In this document: piece after piece, positions 38,007 to 48,388 of the stretch | Position numbering within the stretch: the stretch's first letter is position 1 | Layout: each line of letters opens with the position of its first letter | Assembly: GCA_029856145.1 (NCBI GenBank) | Contig: JAHQWK010000012.1 | Location: 1-64,000, forward strand | Direction: 5' to 3' | Length of the DNA stretch: 64,000 bases | Source: Promethearchaeia archaeon | Lineage (GTDB): Archaea; Asgardarchaeota; Lokiarchaeia; Sigyniarchaeales; SOKP01 | The notes under the pieces: model-generated | Told to the model about the DNA's origin: nothing | Seen by the model: the letters and a program-made list of their open reading frames with translations, nothing else | Database searches by the model: none | Translations under genes and position numbers: made by a program

Positions 38007-39659
38007 TTACTCAATTTTATTTAATTTTCTAATACCTAAATATATCATTAATAACGCTATTATACCGGAAACTCCTAGATTGACTAACAGGATATATATT
38101 ATACCTATTGAAGCAGTAATGAAAGGGGATAGATTTGGCATAACAATAAAGAGAGTTATTAGTAATGATAATATCTGAAATACGAGAATAAGATAAATAT
38201 TAAAAAGAACATCCTTACCTCTTTCCTCAAATAAAGGTTTAATACATTGTATTGCTAATGCTTCTAAAAGAATTTCTACACTATATATCATAAACGCAAG
38301 AAAAAACACTAAAACCAATAAAAGGTCAATTTGAAATAGAAAAGCAAAGAATATTGTTAAGCTGATATCCAGAAAGAGGATTAATATAAATATAACAAAT
38401 AAATAAGAAAAAACTAATGAATTTATTCCGCGAGGTGATTTCTTGTATACAAATAATAGTTCTTTTGATCTGATCAAAATTGAAATTCCTATTAAGATAC
38501 TAAAAATTAAGCTTCCAATCCATGCTATTATTAATACTAATAAAAATCTATGCTGAAGAATTTCCATAATCAAACTTATACCTAACGGATTATCTTCAAG
38601 AATTATAGTAGATTGGCTTAAGGAAACAGATAAAAAAACACCGATAAATCCAATAAAAACAGTACTATAAATTAATTTAGCATAATTCTCTTTTTTTCTC
38701 AAAAATTCTTTAAAATGGATAATTACTAAGCCTGTCCATTTACTCGGAGTAATCTTTCTTATAAATTGATAAAATTTACTTTCCTTATAGATTATTTTTG
38801 ATTTTTTTTCAATATTTCTTTCTAAATTGTAAAAAACATTAGCCTTTTTATAAGATATATAAAATATTAATAGAGGTATGATGATTGCTAACCCAAGATT
38901 AAGCCAAATATTTAAAATATATGGAACTACTAATGATGGGTTTATAATATATAAAATAATATTAGAATACCAAAAAGAAGGAAAAAAAAGCATCCAGACT
39001 TTGAAGTTTGGATAATTTGTGATAAACTCAAATAGAAAATGGAAAATATAAAATATTGAAATTACTATAAAAGATAAAATTACAAATACCCAGTTATCAA
39101 GTTCTCTTATCTTTTTACTTTTATAGATTCTGTTTTCAATCCAATTAGATAATATGGTTCCCACTAATAGAGCAAACATTGATAGTGTAAAAGTAATAAT
39201 ATAAAATCCAATATAATGAAAGAATGCCATTTCAGGATTTATCTGTCTCAATAAACTAGTTCCTAATGGGCCAATTCCTAATAAAAATAGGAAATAAAAA
39301 GGCAATTGACCAACAAATTCACCTGTAAAAATATCTCCTGGTGTAATTGGAGAAGCAATGATCGTATCTTTTAAACCAATTTCGGCTTTTCTATATAGAA
39401 GGAATAAAGGATAAATTGTGTACATTACAAATAACATCATAAATGAATATTCTAAGATTAGATTTATAAGAACTTCAAATTGTGCAGAGTAAAACTTTAA
39501 AAGCTCAGGTAGTATTTCATCGAATAAAACCGGACCTAAGAAAGCTGCCCAAAGCAAGAAAAATGTATAAATCAAAATGAAAAATAGTCTACGATTTTTT
39601 CTTACACGAAAAGTCTTTAATCGGATCTCATTTTTCGCTATTATCTTCCAAAGAGGCAA
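38007..39659 (-). CDS. Large polytopic membrane protein (double ABC-2 permease-like)
   Basis: IAKNEIR and IHFKEFLRK repeat starts, ASPI..DIF.G, about 12 TM. Confidence 0.7.
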   Translation of the reverse strand: MPLWKIIAKNEIRLKTFRVRKNRRLFFILIYTFFLLWAAFLGPVLFDEILPELLKFYSAQFEVLINLILEYSFMMLFVMYTIYPLFLLYRKAEIGLKDTIIASPITPGDIFTGEFVGQLPFYFLFLLGIGPLGTSLLRQINPEMAFFHYIGFYIITFTLSMFALLVGTILSNWIENRIYKSKKIRELDNWVFVILSFIVISIFYIFHFLFEFITNYPNFKVWMLFFPSFWYSNIILYIINPSLVVPYILNIWLNLGLAIIIPLLIFYISYKKANVFYNLERNIEKKSKIIYKESKFYQFIRKITPSKWTGLVIIHFKEFLRKKENYAKLIYSTVFIGFIGVFLSVSLSQSTIILEDNPLGISLIMEILQHRFLLVLIIAWIGSLIFSILIGISILIRSKELLFVYKKSPRGINSLVFSYLFVIFILILFLDISLTIFFAFLFQIDLLLVLVFFLAFMIYSVEILLEALAIQCIKPLFEERGKDVLFNIYLILVFQILSLLITLFIVMPNLSPFITASIGIIYILLVNLGVSGIIALLMIYLGIRKLNKIE

Positions 39660-40061
39660 TTATGATTTTCTCTTTTTCTTTATTTTTCAATTATATTAAA
39701 TTAAATAATGATTAAGAATAATTTTTTTTAAATAAATTTGTTTAATAAATTAGAAATTGAAAAAAGGCTTTTTAATTTATTTGCTTTTATTTATATATTT
39801 TTAGTTTATTTTACTAATTTAGCAATTTTAATCACAAAAAAAAGTATAATCTTTAATAGATTTTACTTTTAATCAAGTTGTGAACATAAATTATATAATA
39901 AATTTGATGAATTTAGGTTTAACTAAATATTTAAATAAGAAAATATTTAATTATCTTAAATAGAGATCAACAAATTTTAATTAAAATATCCCCTTAAAAT
40001 ATTAATAAAAGATGGCTCAAAATCAAATTTCTGAAACAACAGATTCTGATGAGGATGGCAT

Positions 40062-40616
40062 ATGGAGAATCAAGACTCTAAAAGTAAGATTGTTAAAGAA
40101 ACATTCCCATCAGAACTTATATCTATTATTGGAGATATCCTAGCAGGTATATTACTCTCACTTTTAATTTTGCCATTTAATAGTTTTCCGGTTTTAATTT
40201 TAATGGTTCCAGCACTTCTCTCTCTTAGAGGTAATTTGAGTGGGCCATTCATAGCCAGAACATCTCGGGATTTGATTATAGGAGATTTTTCTAAGAGAAC
40301 TTGGATTGAAAATGTACTAGCAACTTATACTCTATCAATATTTACAGCGATTTTCATAGGGATATTTTCCATAATTCTAAATTTTGCGTTTTTCAAATTA
40401 TTTATACTCCCCACTGTGCATTTTATTCTAATTCCAATCATTTCAATTGTTTTAACTTTATTAATTTCAATTCCTTGCTCAACTGGATTGAACTATTTAG
40501 CTTTCAAAAAAGGTTTAAACCCAAATAACATAGTAAATCCTGTTATGACCGCGATTGATGATTTTTCTACTGTATTTTTTTTTCTTTTAACAATAATAAT
40601 GCTGGGGGTGCCTTAA
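40062..40616 (+). CDS. MgtE-type integral membrane domain, half 1
   Basis: VPALLSLRGN..G, GLNPNNIVNP.MTAIDD. Confidence 0.85.
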   Translation: MENQDSKSKIVKETFPSELISIIGDILAGILLSLLILPFNSFPVLILMVPALLSLRGNLSGPFIARTSRDLIIGDFSKRTWIENVLATYTLSIFTAIFIGIFSIILNFAFFKLFILPTVHFILIPIISIVLTLLISIPCSTGLNYLAFKKGLNPNNIVNPVMTAIDDFSTVFFFLLTIIMLGVP

Positions 40617-40628
40617 ATTAAATATTAT

Positions 40629-41168
40629 ATGAAAATTTTCAAAGAATCAATAATTATCGTGATTATCTCTTCCTTAATGGGTTTAATTTCCGGCACACTT
40701 TTATCATTTAATGAAGATCTATTATATACAATTCCTATAATGCTCTTAATAATTCCCGCATTGAACTCTTTGATAGGGGATTTATCAACTGTTTTAGTCT
40801 CTAGATTAACTACACATCTTTATATTGGAACAATACCTCCAAAAATTCAAAAATCAGAAAGATTAATAGAAGATTTTTATGGATTAATCATAACCCTTTT
40901 ATTAAGCTTAGCATCTCTGTTATTTCTAGGATATTTAATTGGAATAATATCAGGTATCAGAATTGTAAATCCATTATTAATGATTTTAATTATTGTTGCT
41001 ACAATTTTATTAATTTTTTTCATAATGTTCTTAACATTGTTTATAGGCGCCATATTCTTATTTAAGCGAGGTAAAGATCCAAATAATTTTTTAATTCCAT
41101 TTGTTACCTCTTTAGCGGATTTTCTAACGCCTTTTTTCTTAATACTATTTATAATAATATTTATATAA
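40629..41168 (+). CDS. MgtE-type integral membrane domain, half 2
   Basis: IPALNSLIGD..SRLTT.LYIG, GKDPNNFLIPFVTSLAD. Confidence 0.85.
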   Translation: MKIFKESIIIVIISSLMGLISGTLLSFNEDLLYTIPIMLLIIPALNSLIGDLSTVLVSRLTTHLYIGTIPPKIQKSERLIEDFYGLIITLLLSLASLLFLGYLIGIISGIRIVNPLLMILIIVATILLIFFIMFLTLFIGAIFLFKRGKDPNNFLIPFVTSLADFLTPFFLILFIIIFI

Positions 41169-41205
41169 AATCAAATTTATATGAAAAATGAGTGAATAAA
41201 ACAAT

Positions 41206-42453
41206 ATGACTAAACCTAGGAAAAAATTTAAATATAAACCACTTTCCCTTAAAGATATAATCCGGGAAATGAAGCAAAATATTGATTTAATGATAGATTG
41301 GGCTTATAGTGCAATTAAATTTGGAAGTAAAGAACTTGCTGATGAAGCTTATAAAATGGAACAAAGAATTCATGAGCTTACATTTTTACTCAATTTCCAA
41401 ATTATTCAAGCACATCCAATAGGACTGGATGGAGCAAAAAAATTAGAGCCTATTGTAGTTATGGGATATGCTATTGACAAAATTTCTGATGCTTTATCAG
41501 ATATTGCTAGAGTCGTGTACATTAATAAAGATATATCATATTTTATTCAATTGTTTAGTGATATTAGTTATGTGCCTGAACCAATAGTTAAAATAATTGT
41601 AAATAAAGGGTGTGACTTTATTGGACAAATTAGAAAAGATGTACATTTTAGATCTAAACATGGAGTCGATTTAATTGCAATACATAGAGGAAATAAATGG
41701 TTATTTGAAAGAGATGAAGTAGTATTAACAGATGACATTTTAATTGTTAAAGGAGAGATTCAACCTATTATAGAATTGAAAAAATTGAGTAATGATTTGG
41801 AACCTTTTTCTTTTGATATTGGAGAAAAGGAGAAAGAACAAATAATTGATCTTGATAATGTAGAAATTTGTGAAAAAGTTGAGGAAATTCAAAGAAATTA
41901 TGTTTTAATAACAGATATTTCAGAAACTATGATTGAATTAGCATTAGTAGCATTATTCTTTAATAATGAAGAACTAGCAGAAGATGTTCTAGAAATGGAG
42001 GAATTAATGGATGGGTTAAATATCGCATTAGAAAAAGATCTTTTAGATTTAGCAAAACTGGTAGAAACCCCTCGCGATCTCACAGGAATAATGAGAATTG
42101 TATTTAGCTGTGAACTAATATCTGATGCTGCAGCTCATATTGCAGAAATAATCCTTAAAGGATTTGAACCACATAAGATTTTACAACAAGCTATTCGAGA
42201 AACTGCAGAAATAGTAGTACGAGAAACATTATCTGAAGATTCTTATTTTAAAGGTAAAACATATGACGAATTACAAGATAAACGATATAAACGAGGATTT
42301 CGTATTATTGCTTTAAAGCGAAAAGATAAATGGATTTATCGATTTAAACAGGATTTCATTTTTGAAGAAGATGATCTACTTATAGGGTTAGGACCTTTAG
42401 AAACTGTTATGCAATGGCGAAAATGCGTGAATCCAGAAAAATATAAAGAATAA
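41206..42453 (+). CDS. Duplicated PhoU + TrkA-C (RCK_C) protein
   Basis: MID.AYSA....KELADE...E repeated; GVDLIAIHRG and GFRIIALKR RCK_C motifs. Confidence 0.85.
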   Translation: MTKPRKKFKYKPLSLKDIIREMKQNIDLMIDWAYSAIKFGSKELADEAYKMEQRIHELTFLLNFQIIQAHPIGLDGAKKLEPIVVMGYAIDKISDALSDIARVVYINKDISYFIQLFSDISYVPEPIVKIIVNKGCDFIGQIRKDVHFRSKHGVDLIAIHRGNKWLFERDEVVLTDDILIVKGEIQPIIELKKLSNDLEPFSFDIGEKEKEQIIDLDNVEICEKVEEIQRNYVLITDISETMIELALVALFFNNEELAEDVLEMEELMDGLNIALEKDLLDLAKLVETPRDLTGIMRIVFSCELISDAAAHIAEIILKGFEPHKILQQAIRETAEIVVRETLSEDSYFKGKTYDELQDKRYKRGFRIIALKRKDKWIYRFKQDFIFEEDDLLIGLGPLETVMQWRKCVNPEKYKE

Positions 42454-42486
42454 TTAAAATAAAAATTTGAATGCTTCAAGAAATTC

Positions 42487-42882
42487 ATGAATAATTTATT
42501 AGAAGTCAGGTTTATATCCGAGAAGAGGGGTAAAGGAGTTTTTGCGAAAAAGAATATAGAAAAGGATACAATTATAGATTTTGCCCATATCGTCCCAATT
42601 CCAAATAGAGATTATAAAAAAATTAAAAAAACAATTTTATTTAATTATTGCTATATTTGGGAAGATCCAAAACATAAACCCGAATTTACAAATGCAATTT
42701 CGCTCAGTATAAGTCAATTTATAAATCATTCTTATGAACCAAATGTTAAATATATGTACGATTATGAGAATAAAGCAATAGAATTTTCTTCAATTAGACA
42801 TATTTCTCAAGGAGAAGAATTACTTGTAAATTACAATGGATTAATTAATGATAAAAGTCCTGTTTGGTTTGATGTAGAATAA
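42487..42882 (+). CDS. SET-domain protein, copy 1
   Basis: RGKGVFAKKNI, FINHSYEPN, I.QGEEL.VNY. Confidence 0.9.
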   Translation: MNNLLEVRFISEKRGKGVFAKKNIEKDTIIDFAHIVPIPNRDYKKIKKTILFNYCYIWEDPKHKPEFTNAISLSISQFINHSYEPNVKYMYDYENKAIEFSSIRHISQGEELLVNYNGLINDKSPVWFDVE

Positions 42883-42996
42883 TCTATATACCTAATAATA
42901 TAATTGTTTTAATTAAGAAATCACAATTATGGTAAAAAATTTAATTAAAAAACCTCCTATTATAACTATATAATTTGTCAGTGTGGTGAAGTCTCA

Positions 42997-43395
42997 TTGA
43001 ATAAGCTAATAGAGGTAAAAAATATCTCTGCAAAAAAAGGGAAAGGAGTATTTGCTAAAAAGAATATAGGAAAGGGAACAAAGATAGATATTGCTCATAT
43101 CATCCTTATTTCTAATAAAGAATGGGATTTAATTGAAGACACTGTTTTATCTAATTATTCTTATGAATGGGACGATCCTAATTGTAAAGGAGAATATGAA
43201 TCAGCAATATCCTTAAGTGTTAGCCAGTTTATAAATCATTCTTATAATCCGAATGTGAAATACGTCTACGATTATAAAAATAAATGTATTGAATATATTA
43301 CAATTCAAGATATTTCTAAAGACGAGGAAATAACAGTAAATTACAATGGAGAACCCTTGAATAAATCTCCTATATGGTTTAAGGTAGAAGAATGA
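42997..43395 (+). CDS. SET-domain protein, copy 2
   Basis: KGKGVFAKKNI, FINHSYNPN, DI..DEEITVNY. Confidence 0.9.
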   Translation: MNKLIEVKNISAKKGKGVFAKKNIGKGTKIDIAHIILISNKEWDLIEDTVLSNYSYEWDDPNCKGEYESAISLSVSQFINHSYNPNVKYVYDYKNKCIEYITIQDISKDEEITVNYNGEPLNKSPIWFKVEE

Positions 43396-44277
43396 TTATT
43401 TTTTTCTTAACGATTTAAGTGTTTTCAAATTCATAATATCTTCCTTCAAATCTTTGCCTTTCGGAGTTTCTAAAATACCTGGCATATTTCTAAATCTTTC
43501 ATCATTAATGAAAAAACCAAATGGTTCTTTTCCTATTTTTCCTTGACCAATATGAGTATGTCTATCTACTCTCGAGCCACATTCCTTATCTGTATCATTT
43601 AAATGAAATGCAAAAAGATATTTTAAACCAATAATATCATCAAATTCATTCCACATTTCTTCATACCCTTTTTTTGTTGTAAAATCGTATCCTGCGGCAA
43701 AGACATGAGCAGTGTCAAAACAGATTCCAATTCTATTTTTATTTTGTATTTTAGCTATTATCGTTTTAAAATGATGGAATTTATTACCTAAACCTTTCCC
43801 TTGACCAGCAGTAGTTTCAAGTAGTATAATAACTTTTGAGGATATTGTTGACTCTATCAATTTATTTATATGATCAGCAATTTGAGTCAATGCTTCTAAT
43901 TTAGTAATTTCCTTTTTATCACTTATAGGAATAACTCCAGGGTGCATATTTTCGTATTCTATAGTTAACTGATCTACTTTTGTTAGCTCGTCAATCATAG
44001 CATTATATGATTTTTCTAATTTTTCCTTGTCTAAGCTAGCCAAGTTTACTAAATAACTATTATGAGAAATAACAGGCCATATCTCATCTTTCAATTCTTC
44101 CTTCTTATTTATAAAATCACCAATCTCTTTTTGCTTTAAGGGGCCAGAGGTCCAACCACGTACATTTCTAACAAAAACTTGAATTGCTTCACAACCTAAT
44201 TCTTTGCCGCTCTCGAATGCCATATATTTTCCTCCTGAAACACTCATGTGTGCGCCAATTCTCAATAAAATCACCAA
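43396..44277 (-). CDS. nfo: Endonuclease IV
   Basis: GAHMS, H.SYLVNL, HPG, LETTAGQG, CFDTAH.FAAG, HLND, DRH..IG.G, ILETP. Confidence 0.95.
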   Translation of the reverse strand: MVILLRIGAHMSVSGGKYMAFESGKELGCEAIQVFVRNVRGWTSGPLKQKEIGDFINKKEELKDEIWPVISHNSYLVNLASLDKEKLEKSYNAMIDELTKVDQLTIEYENMHPGVIPISDKKEITKLEALTQIADHINKLIESTISSKVIILLETTAGQGKGLGNKFHHFKTIIAKIQNKNRIGICFDTAHVFAAGYDFTTKKGYEEMWNEFDDIIGLKYLFAFHLNDTDKECGSRVDRHTHIGQGKIGKEPFGFFINDERFRNMPGILETPKGKDLKEDIMNLKTLKSLRKK

Positions 44278-44390
44278 ATTGATTAGTGTTTTTTGTTTAG
44301 TATATTATATATACTTTATTTTCTTTTTTATTGATTAAATTTATTTGATAAATCCAATTTTAATTAAATAAAAGAAAATATGCTTTCAAA

Positions 44391-45038
44391 TTGATTATGA
44401 GTGAATTTTATCATCTTAAACATTTGCAAAAAGACCAAATTGAAGCAGCAAGTAGAGTGGCCGCTCGTGCATTCTACAATGATCCTTTATTCGTTTATTG
44501 TTTTCCAGATCCTATTGAAAGAAAGATTAAAAGTGTTACTCACTGCGAATTGCTGATTTTAGCTGGAATTTTATCCGGTGAAGTATATATTACATCAAGT
44601 GATATTGAAGGTGTTGCTGTGTGGCATCCTCATGGAATAAAAGATCAGAAAATGGGGAAACAATCCAAGGAGATCATTAGAAGATTGCGAAAAGTCAAAA
44701 GAGAGAATCTTTCAGATCCTTTATTTATAGAGAGAATGGGTATCTTTAATGAAATTGTTAATTCATTTCAAAATGAACATGTGAATTTTTCTCATTGGTA
44801 TTTAAGCATTATTGGCCTAGATCCTATACATCAAGGAAAGGGCTATGCCAGTAAGTTATTAAAAATGAAACTTGCTGAAATTGATAAGCAAAACTTACCT
44901 TGTTATTTACATACTGAAAATGGAAAAAATATTCAAATCTATGAGCATTTTGGATTTGAACTTGTTGGAAAAACAAAGGTTCCTAATTCTAATTTTTATT
45001 TTCATGGAATGCTTCGAAATAAGAAAAAAGTTGATTAG
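44391..45038 (+). CDS. GNAT N-acetyltransferase
   Basis: AF.NDP, HWYLSIIG.DP.HQGKG.AS, YLHT.N..N...YEHFGF. Confidence 0.9.
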   Translation: MIMSEFYHLKHLQKDQIEAASRVAARAFYNDPLFVYCFPDPIERKIKSVTHCELLILAGILSGEVYITSSDIEGVAVWHPHGIKDQKMGKQSKEIIRRLRKVKRENLSDPLFIERMGIFNEIVNSFQNEHVNFSHWYLSIIGLDPIHQGKGYASKLLKMKLAEIDKQNLPCYLHTENGKNIQIYEHFGFELVGKTKVPNSNFYFHGMLRNKKKVD

Positions 45039-46765
45039 AAGTTATGTTCATCTAATCTTTTCCAAAAATTTTCTAATTCTGCTTTTTCAAAAGTAAACTT
45101 CAAACCTATTGGTTCAGACTGTTCTTCTCTGAAAAATTCAGGCACTTTATTCATTTCTTGTGTAATCCCTGCCTTGTTATTAAACTTAATTTCAGTTTTT
45201 ATAATTTCTATTCCAATTTTGATTACATCATCTCTAGTTAAAGTTAAATTATACATGGCATTAATTGCATTCGCTATTATTTCCATGTTTTCATAGCTTG
45301 GGCCAATAAAATAACAACAGCCCATAGAATCCAAAATTGCTGTATAAATCTGTAGTTCGAAAGATAAATCAAGTTTATTCTCATTTTCAGTTAATTCTCC
45401 ATAGTTTTTATGTTGACTTGGAACTCTTCCGGCAATAGCTGCTCCAGCAGTATGGTCTGCTCCTTGAGGGGAGGTTACGTAAGTAACTCCCATTGCTTTA
45501 AAGACTCTACTATCATAAGCGGAAATTCCTTGCCCTTTAACTTGAGGAATTCGCTTTGCATTAAGTTTTTCTCCAATAATTTTAACACCATTGCTATATA
45601 ATTGCCCTTCTTCCGTATTATTTCTTATTTCATCATCCAAGATTTTAAAAACTTTTTCGGCATTTCCCCACTCTACTTTTCCACAATCCATAGCAACACC
45701 AACTGTTCCACCAAACTCAATTGTATCAAGCCCTAAATCATCACAAAGATGATCAATTTTAGCTAAACTATCTAAATCGTCAATCATCAAATTACTGCCA
45801 TTTAAAGCCATTGTTTCATATTCTAGACTTGATGTAAGATGATTCCCTTGCTCATCAACAACTAGATTTGAACATTTTATTACACATGTGGGAGAACAAG
45901 CTAATCTCTTTTTACCTCCTCTCGCAACTACAAGTTCATGAAGTCTTTCTCCTGAAATATTATCAATTTTATCATAAGATCCCATTTGAAAATTTTTTGT
46001 AGGTATACCTCCGTATCCACTCATACCCTTCATCATTAAAGAGGTACCAAATGTAGAAAACACTTCTTTCGAAGAAGCCAATTGTTTAGCAAATGGTTTA
46101 GATCCTTCTCTGAATTTTTTAATATCATGCATTTTTACTTTGGAAGTTTTTGAGGGAATTATCACTATTGCTTTAATTCTTTTAGAACCCATTACAGCTC
46201 CTAATCCACCCCTAGCAGCATGTCTACTTGGGTATCCTTCCAAATCATTTGCCGCTACTGTAGCTGATTTCATCAAATGTTCACCCGCAGGGCCAATAGA
46301 GTAAATACCAATATTTTCTCCATATTTTTGTTTTAATTTCGAATATAGTTCATAATTACCTAAACCTTTATATTCTTCTGCTGACAGAATCTTAATACCA
46401 TACTCATCAATTAAGATAAGTTTTAATAGTAGTGATATATCTTCTAGCACTATTGCTCTAATACCATGTCTTGCTAACATCATGGCAGGTCTTCCCCCTA
46501 CATTGGCTTCTTTTATCCCATTAGTTAAAGGACTTTTCGCTCCTACTGATGTACGTGCAGAACAAGGAAATGGACTGCCAGCAAGAATTCCATTGGCAAG
46601 AATTAATTTATTTTCGTTTCCTAAAGGATTACATAATGGTGGTACTTCATCATGAATAATCTGAGAACTCAACCCTCTAGCACCACGTAATAAATATTTT
46701 GAATTTGGAGTAATTTCTTCAAATTGAATATCTTCATTCTCAATGTTTATTCTTACTATTTTCAT
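45035..46765 (-). CDS. Aldehyde:ferredoxin oxidoreductase family (tungsten)
   Basis: KSPLT.GI.E.N.GG, IGPAGE, AARGGLGAVMGSK, EYET, CDDLGLDTIE, GADH. Confidence 0.92.
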   Translation of the reverse strand: MKIVRINIENEDIQFEEITPNSKYLLRGARGLSSQIIHDEVPPLCNPLGNENKLILANGILAGSPFPCSARTSVGAKSPLTNGIKEANVGGRPAMMLARHGIRAIVLEDISLLLKLILIDEYGIKILSAEEYKGLGNYELYSKLKQKYGENIGIYSIGPAGEHLMKSATVAANDLEGYPSRHAARGGLGAVMGSKRIKAIVIIPSKTSKVKMHDIKKFREGSKPFAKQLASSKEVFSTFGTSLMMKGMSGYGGIPTKNFQMGSYDKIDNISGERLHELVVARGGKKRLACSPTCVIKCSNLVVDEQGNHLTSSLEYETMALNGSNLMIDDLDSLAKIDHLCDDLGLDTIEFGGTVGVAMDCGKVEWGNAEKVFKILDDEIRNNTEEGQLYSNGVKIIGEKLNAKRIPQVKGQGISAYDSRVFKAMGVTYVTSPQGADHTAGAAIAGRVPSQHKNYGELTENENKLDLSFELQIYTAILDSMGCCYFIGPSYENMEIIANAINAMYNLTLTRDDVIKIGIEIIKTEIKFNNKAGITQEMNKVPEFFREEQSEPIGLKFTFEKAELENFWKRLDEHNF

Positions 46766-46830
46766 AGTTGAACAATAATAGCTAAAATTATTTTATCTTT
46801 TCTCTTATATCTTTTATGTATGGATGAAAT

Positions 46831-46900
46831 TGATCTCAGTATTATTTTACTTTTTAAAAATAATTCGAGATTAAAATATCGAGAGATCTCAGATTATTTA
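46831..46900. promoter_or_regulatory. 17-bp motif copy 2 (46831-46847) plus variant GATCTCAGATTATTT (46885-46899)
   Basis: Upstream of the AOR gene; exact match to 33273..33289. Confidence 0.45.
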
Positions 46901-46934
46901 GAATTATCTGTGAAAGTAATCTATTCTTCTGTAT

Positions 46935-48068
46935 CTATTTGATTCTTCTTATTTTTCCATAATCTTTGTCTTCTTTCCTTTGTTCTTGAAGAAAGGCTTT
47001 TCTCTTAGAAATAGCTTGGTACAATTCTGGAAGATTTTCAGGAGGTATAGATTCTGTTGATTTTTTTACTAACTGTCGCGCTTTATTAGGACAAGTTGGG
47101 ACACAAACTCCACATCCAATACAATAGCCTAGATTAACTTCACAAATCCCATTCTCATTAATTTTATTCGCGTCCATATGGCATCTAGTAATACATTCGT
47201 TGCATCCTGAACATTTCTTCTCATCAATTTCTACGAAATAATTTGAATTAATATATTGAGCGGGATTGACATATTTTTTAAGATTATTGAGGACCACACA
47301 AGAACATCCACAACAGGAACATATCATAAATGGTTTTTGGGCATTACTAGGGCAAATTACCATTCCCTTGTCTTGTGTCATTCGCAATATTTCAAGTGCT
47401 TCTTCTTTTGTAATCTCACGACCTTGTTCAAGAAAAATCCGTGGATTAACACCAATTGAAATACAAGTTTCTATTGGATGATCACAACCTTGTCCTTGAA
47501 CTTCTTTTGATTGTCTACATATGCAAGGGCATAAGTATAATGTTTTATCAACCTTATCTATTATAGTTTTAATCTCATCAAAATTAGAAACATTATATTC
47601 CAGACTGATACTTTTCTCTATGGGAATGGTTCTCATTTGTATAATACCATTTTCTAACATTGCAGATACAAACCCTTCATCCATGTATTGGTCAAGATCT
47701 TCAGAAAAATCTTTAGTTAGTTTATCTATTTGATAATCATAAAATCCTACCATTAAAAAAGCGATAGAATAATAATTTGTTCCATCTCTTCTTCGAATCC
47801 AATTAATTGATCCTTTTTTCGCTAATGTTAGAAGTGCTTCCGAGAATTGCTCTATTGTCCAACCTTTCTTTTTGAAAGGTCTAAACATTGCCCTTGGTTC
47901 TTGAGGTATAATCTTTAGATTTAACGCAATTTCAGCTTCTTGAGGAGTAAATAGATGTTTTAAAATCCTAATTTCTACACCAGATTTCGTCTCTGGATAA
48001 TCAATTGGAAGAGAATCTAAATATTTCTGAAGCTTTCGATAAATTAATTCTTCACTATTGGAACTCAT
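46935..48068 (-). CDS. wHTH-like + Cys-rich + 4Fe-4S dicluster protein
   Basis: YRKLQKYLD.LP.DYP.T..GVE, CICR, ICSCCGCSC and two ferredoxin motifs. Confidence 0.85.
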   Translation of the reverse strand: MSSNSEELIYRKLQKYLDSLPIDYPETKSGVEIRILKHLFTPQEAEIALNLKIIPQEPRAMFRPFKKKGWTIEQFSEALLTLAKKGSINWIRRRDGTNYYSIAFLMVGFYDYQIDKLTKDFSEDLDQYMDEGFVSAMLENGIIQMRTIPIEKSISLEYNVSNFDEIKTIIDKVDKTLYLCPCICRQSKEVQGQGCDHPIETCISIGVNPRIFLEQGREITKEEALEILRMTQDKGMVICPSNAQKPFMICSCCGCSCVVLNNLKKYVNPAQYINSNYFVEIDEKKCSGCNECITRCHMDANKINENGICEVNLGYCIGCGVCVPTCPNKARQLVKKSTESIPPENLPELYQAISKRKAFLQEQRKEDKDYGKIRRIK

Positions 48069-48388
48069 AGAAATTACTTATTTTTTATTTTATAAAAATT
48101 TGTCACTTAGATTTCTTTTGATCTAAATTCTAATAATTGAAATTATTTTATTATTAGTTCAATTTTAGATGAATATTTTCCCATTATTTTCCCCTAATTA
48201 ATAAAATTGAAGAAGTATTTGTATCTTTTTTTTCAAAAAGTATTAAAAATTTTCAGATCGTAACAAAGATTTATAAAGCCAACTTTCGTATATTAGCATA
48301 TCACGGATATTAAATTATTATTAAAATTTTAATAACAGTGATGTGTGTAGTTGACGCTTTTTTAGCAACTTATTACTTGTGAAAAATC

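Noticed and set aside
39660-40011. Long, very AT-rich intergenic region as a replication origin
   Set aside because: No ORB-like G-string repeats and no adjacent cdc6/orc1; a divergent promoter region explains it
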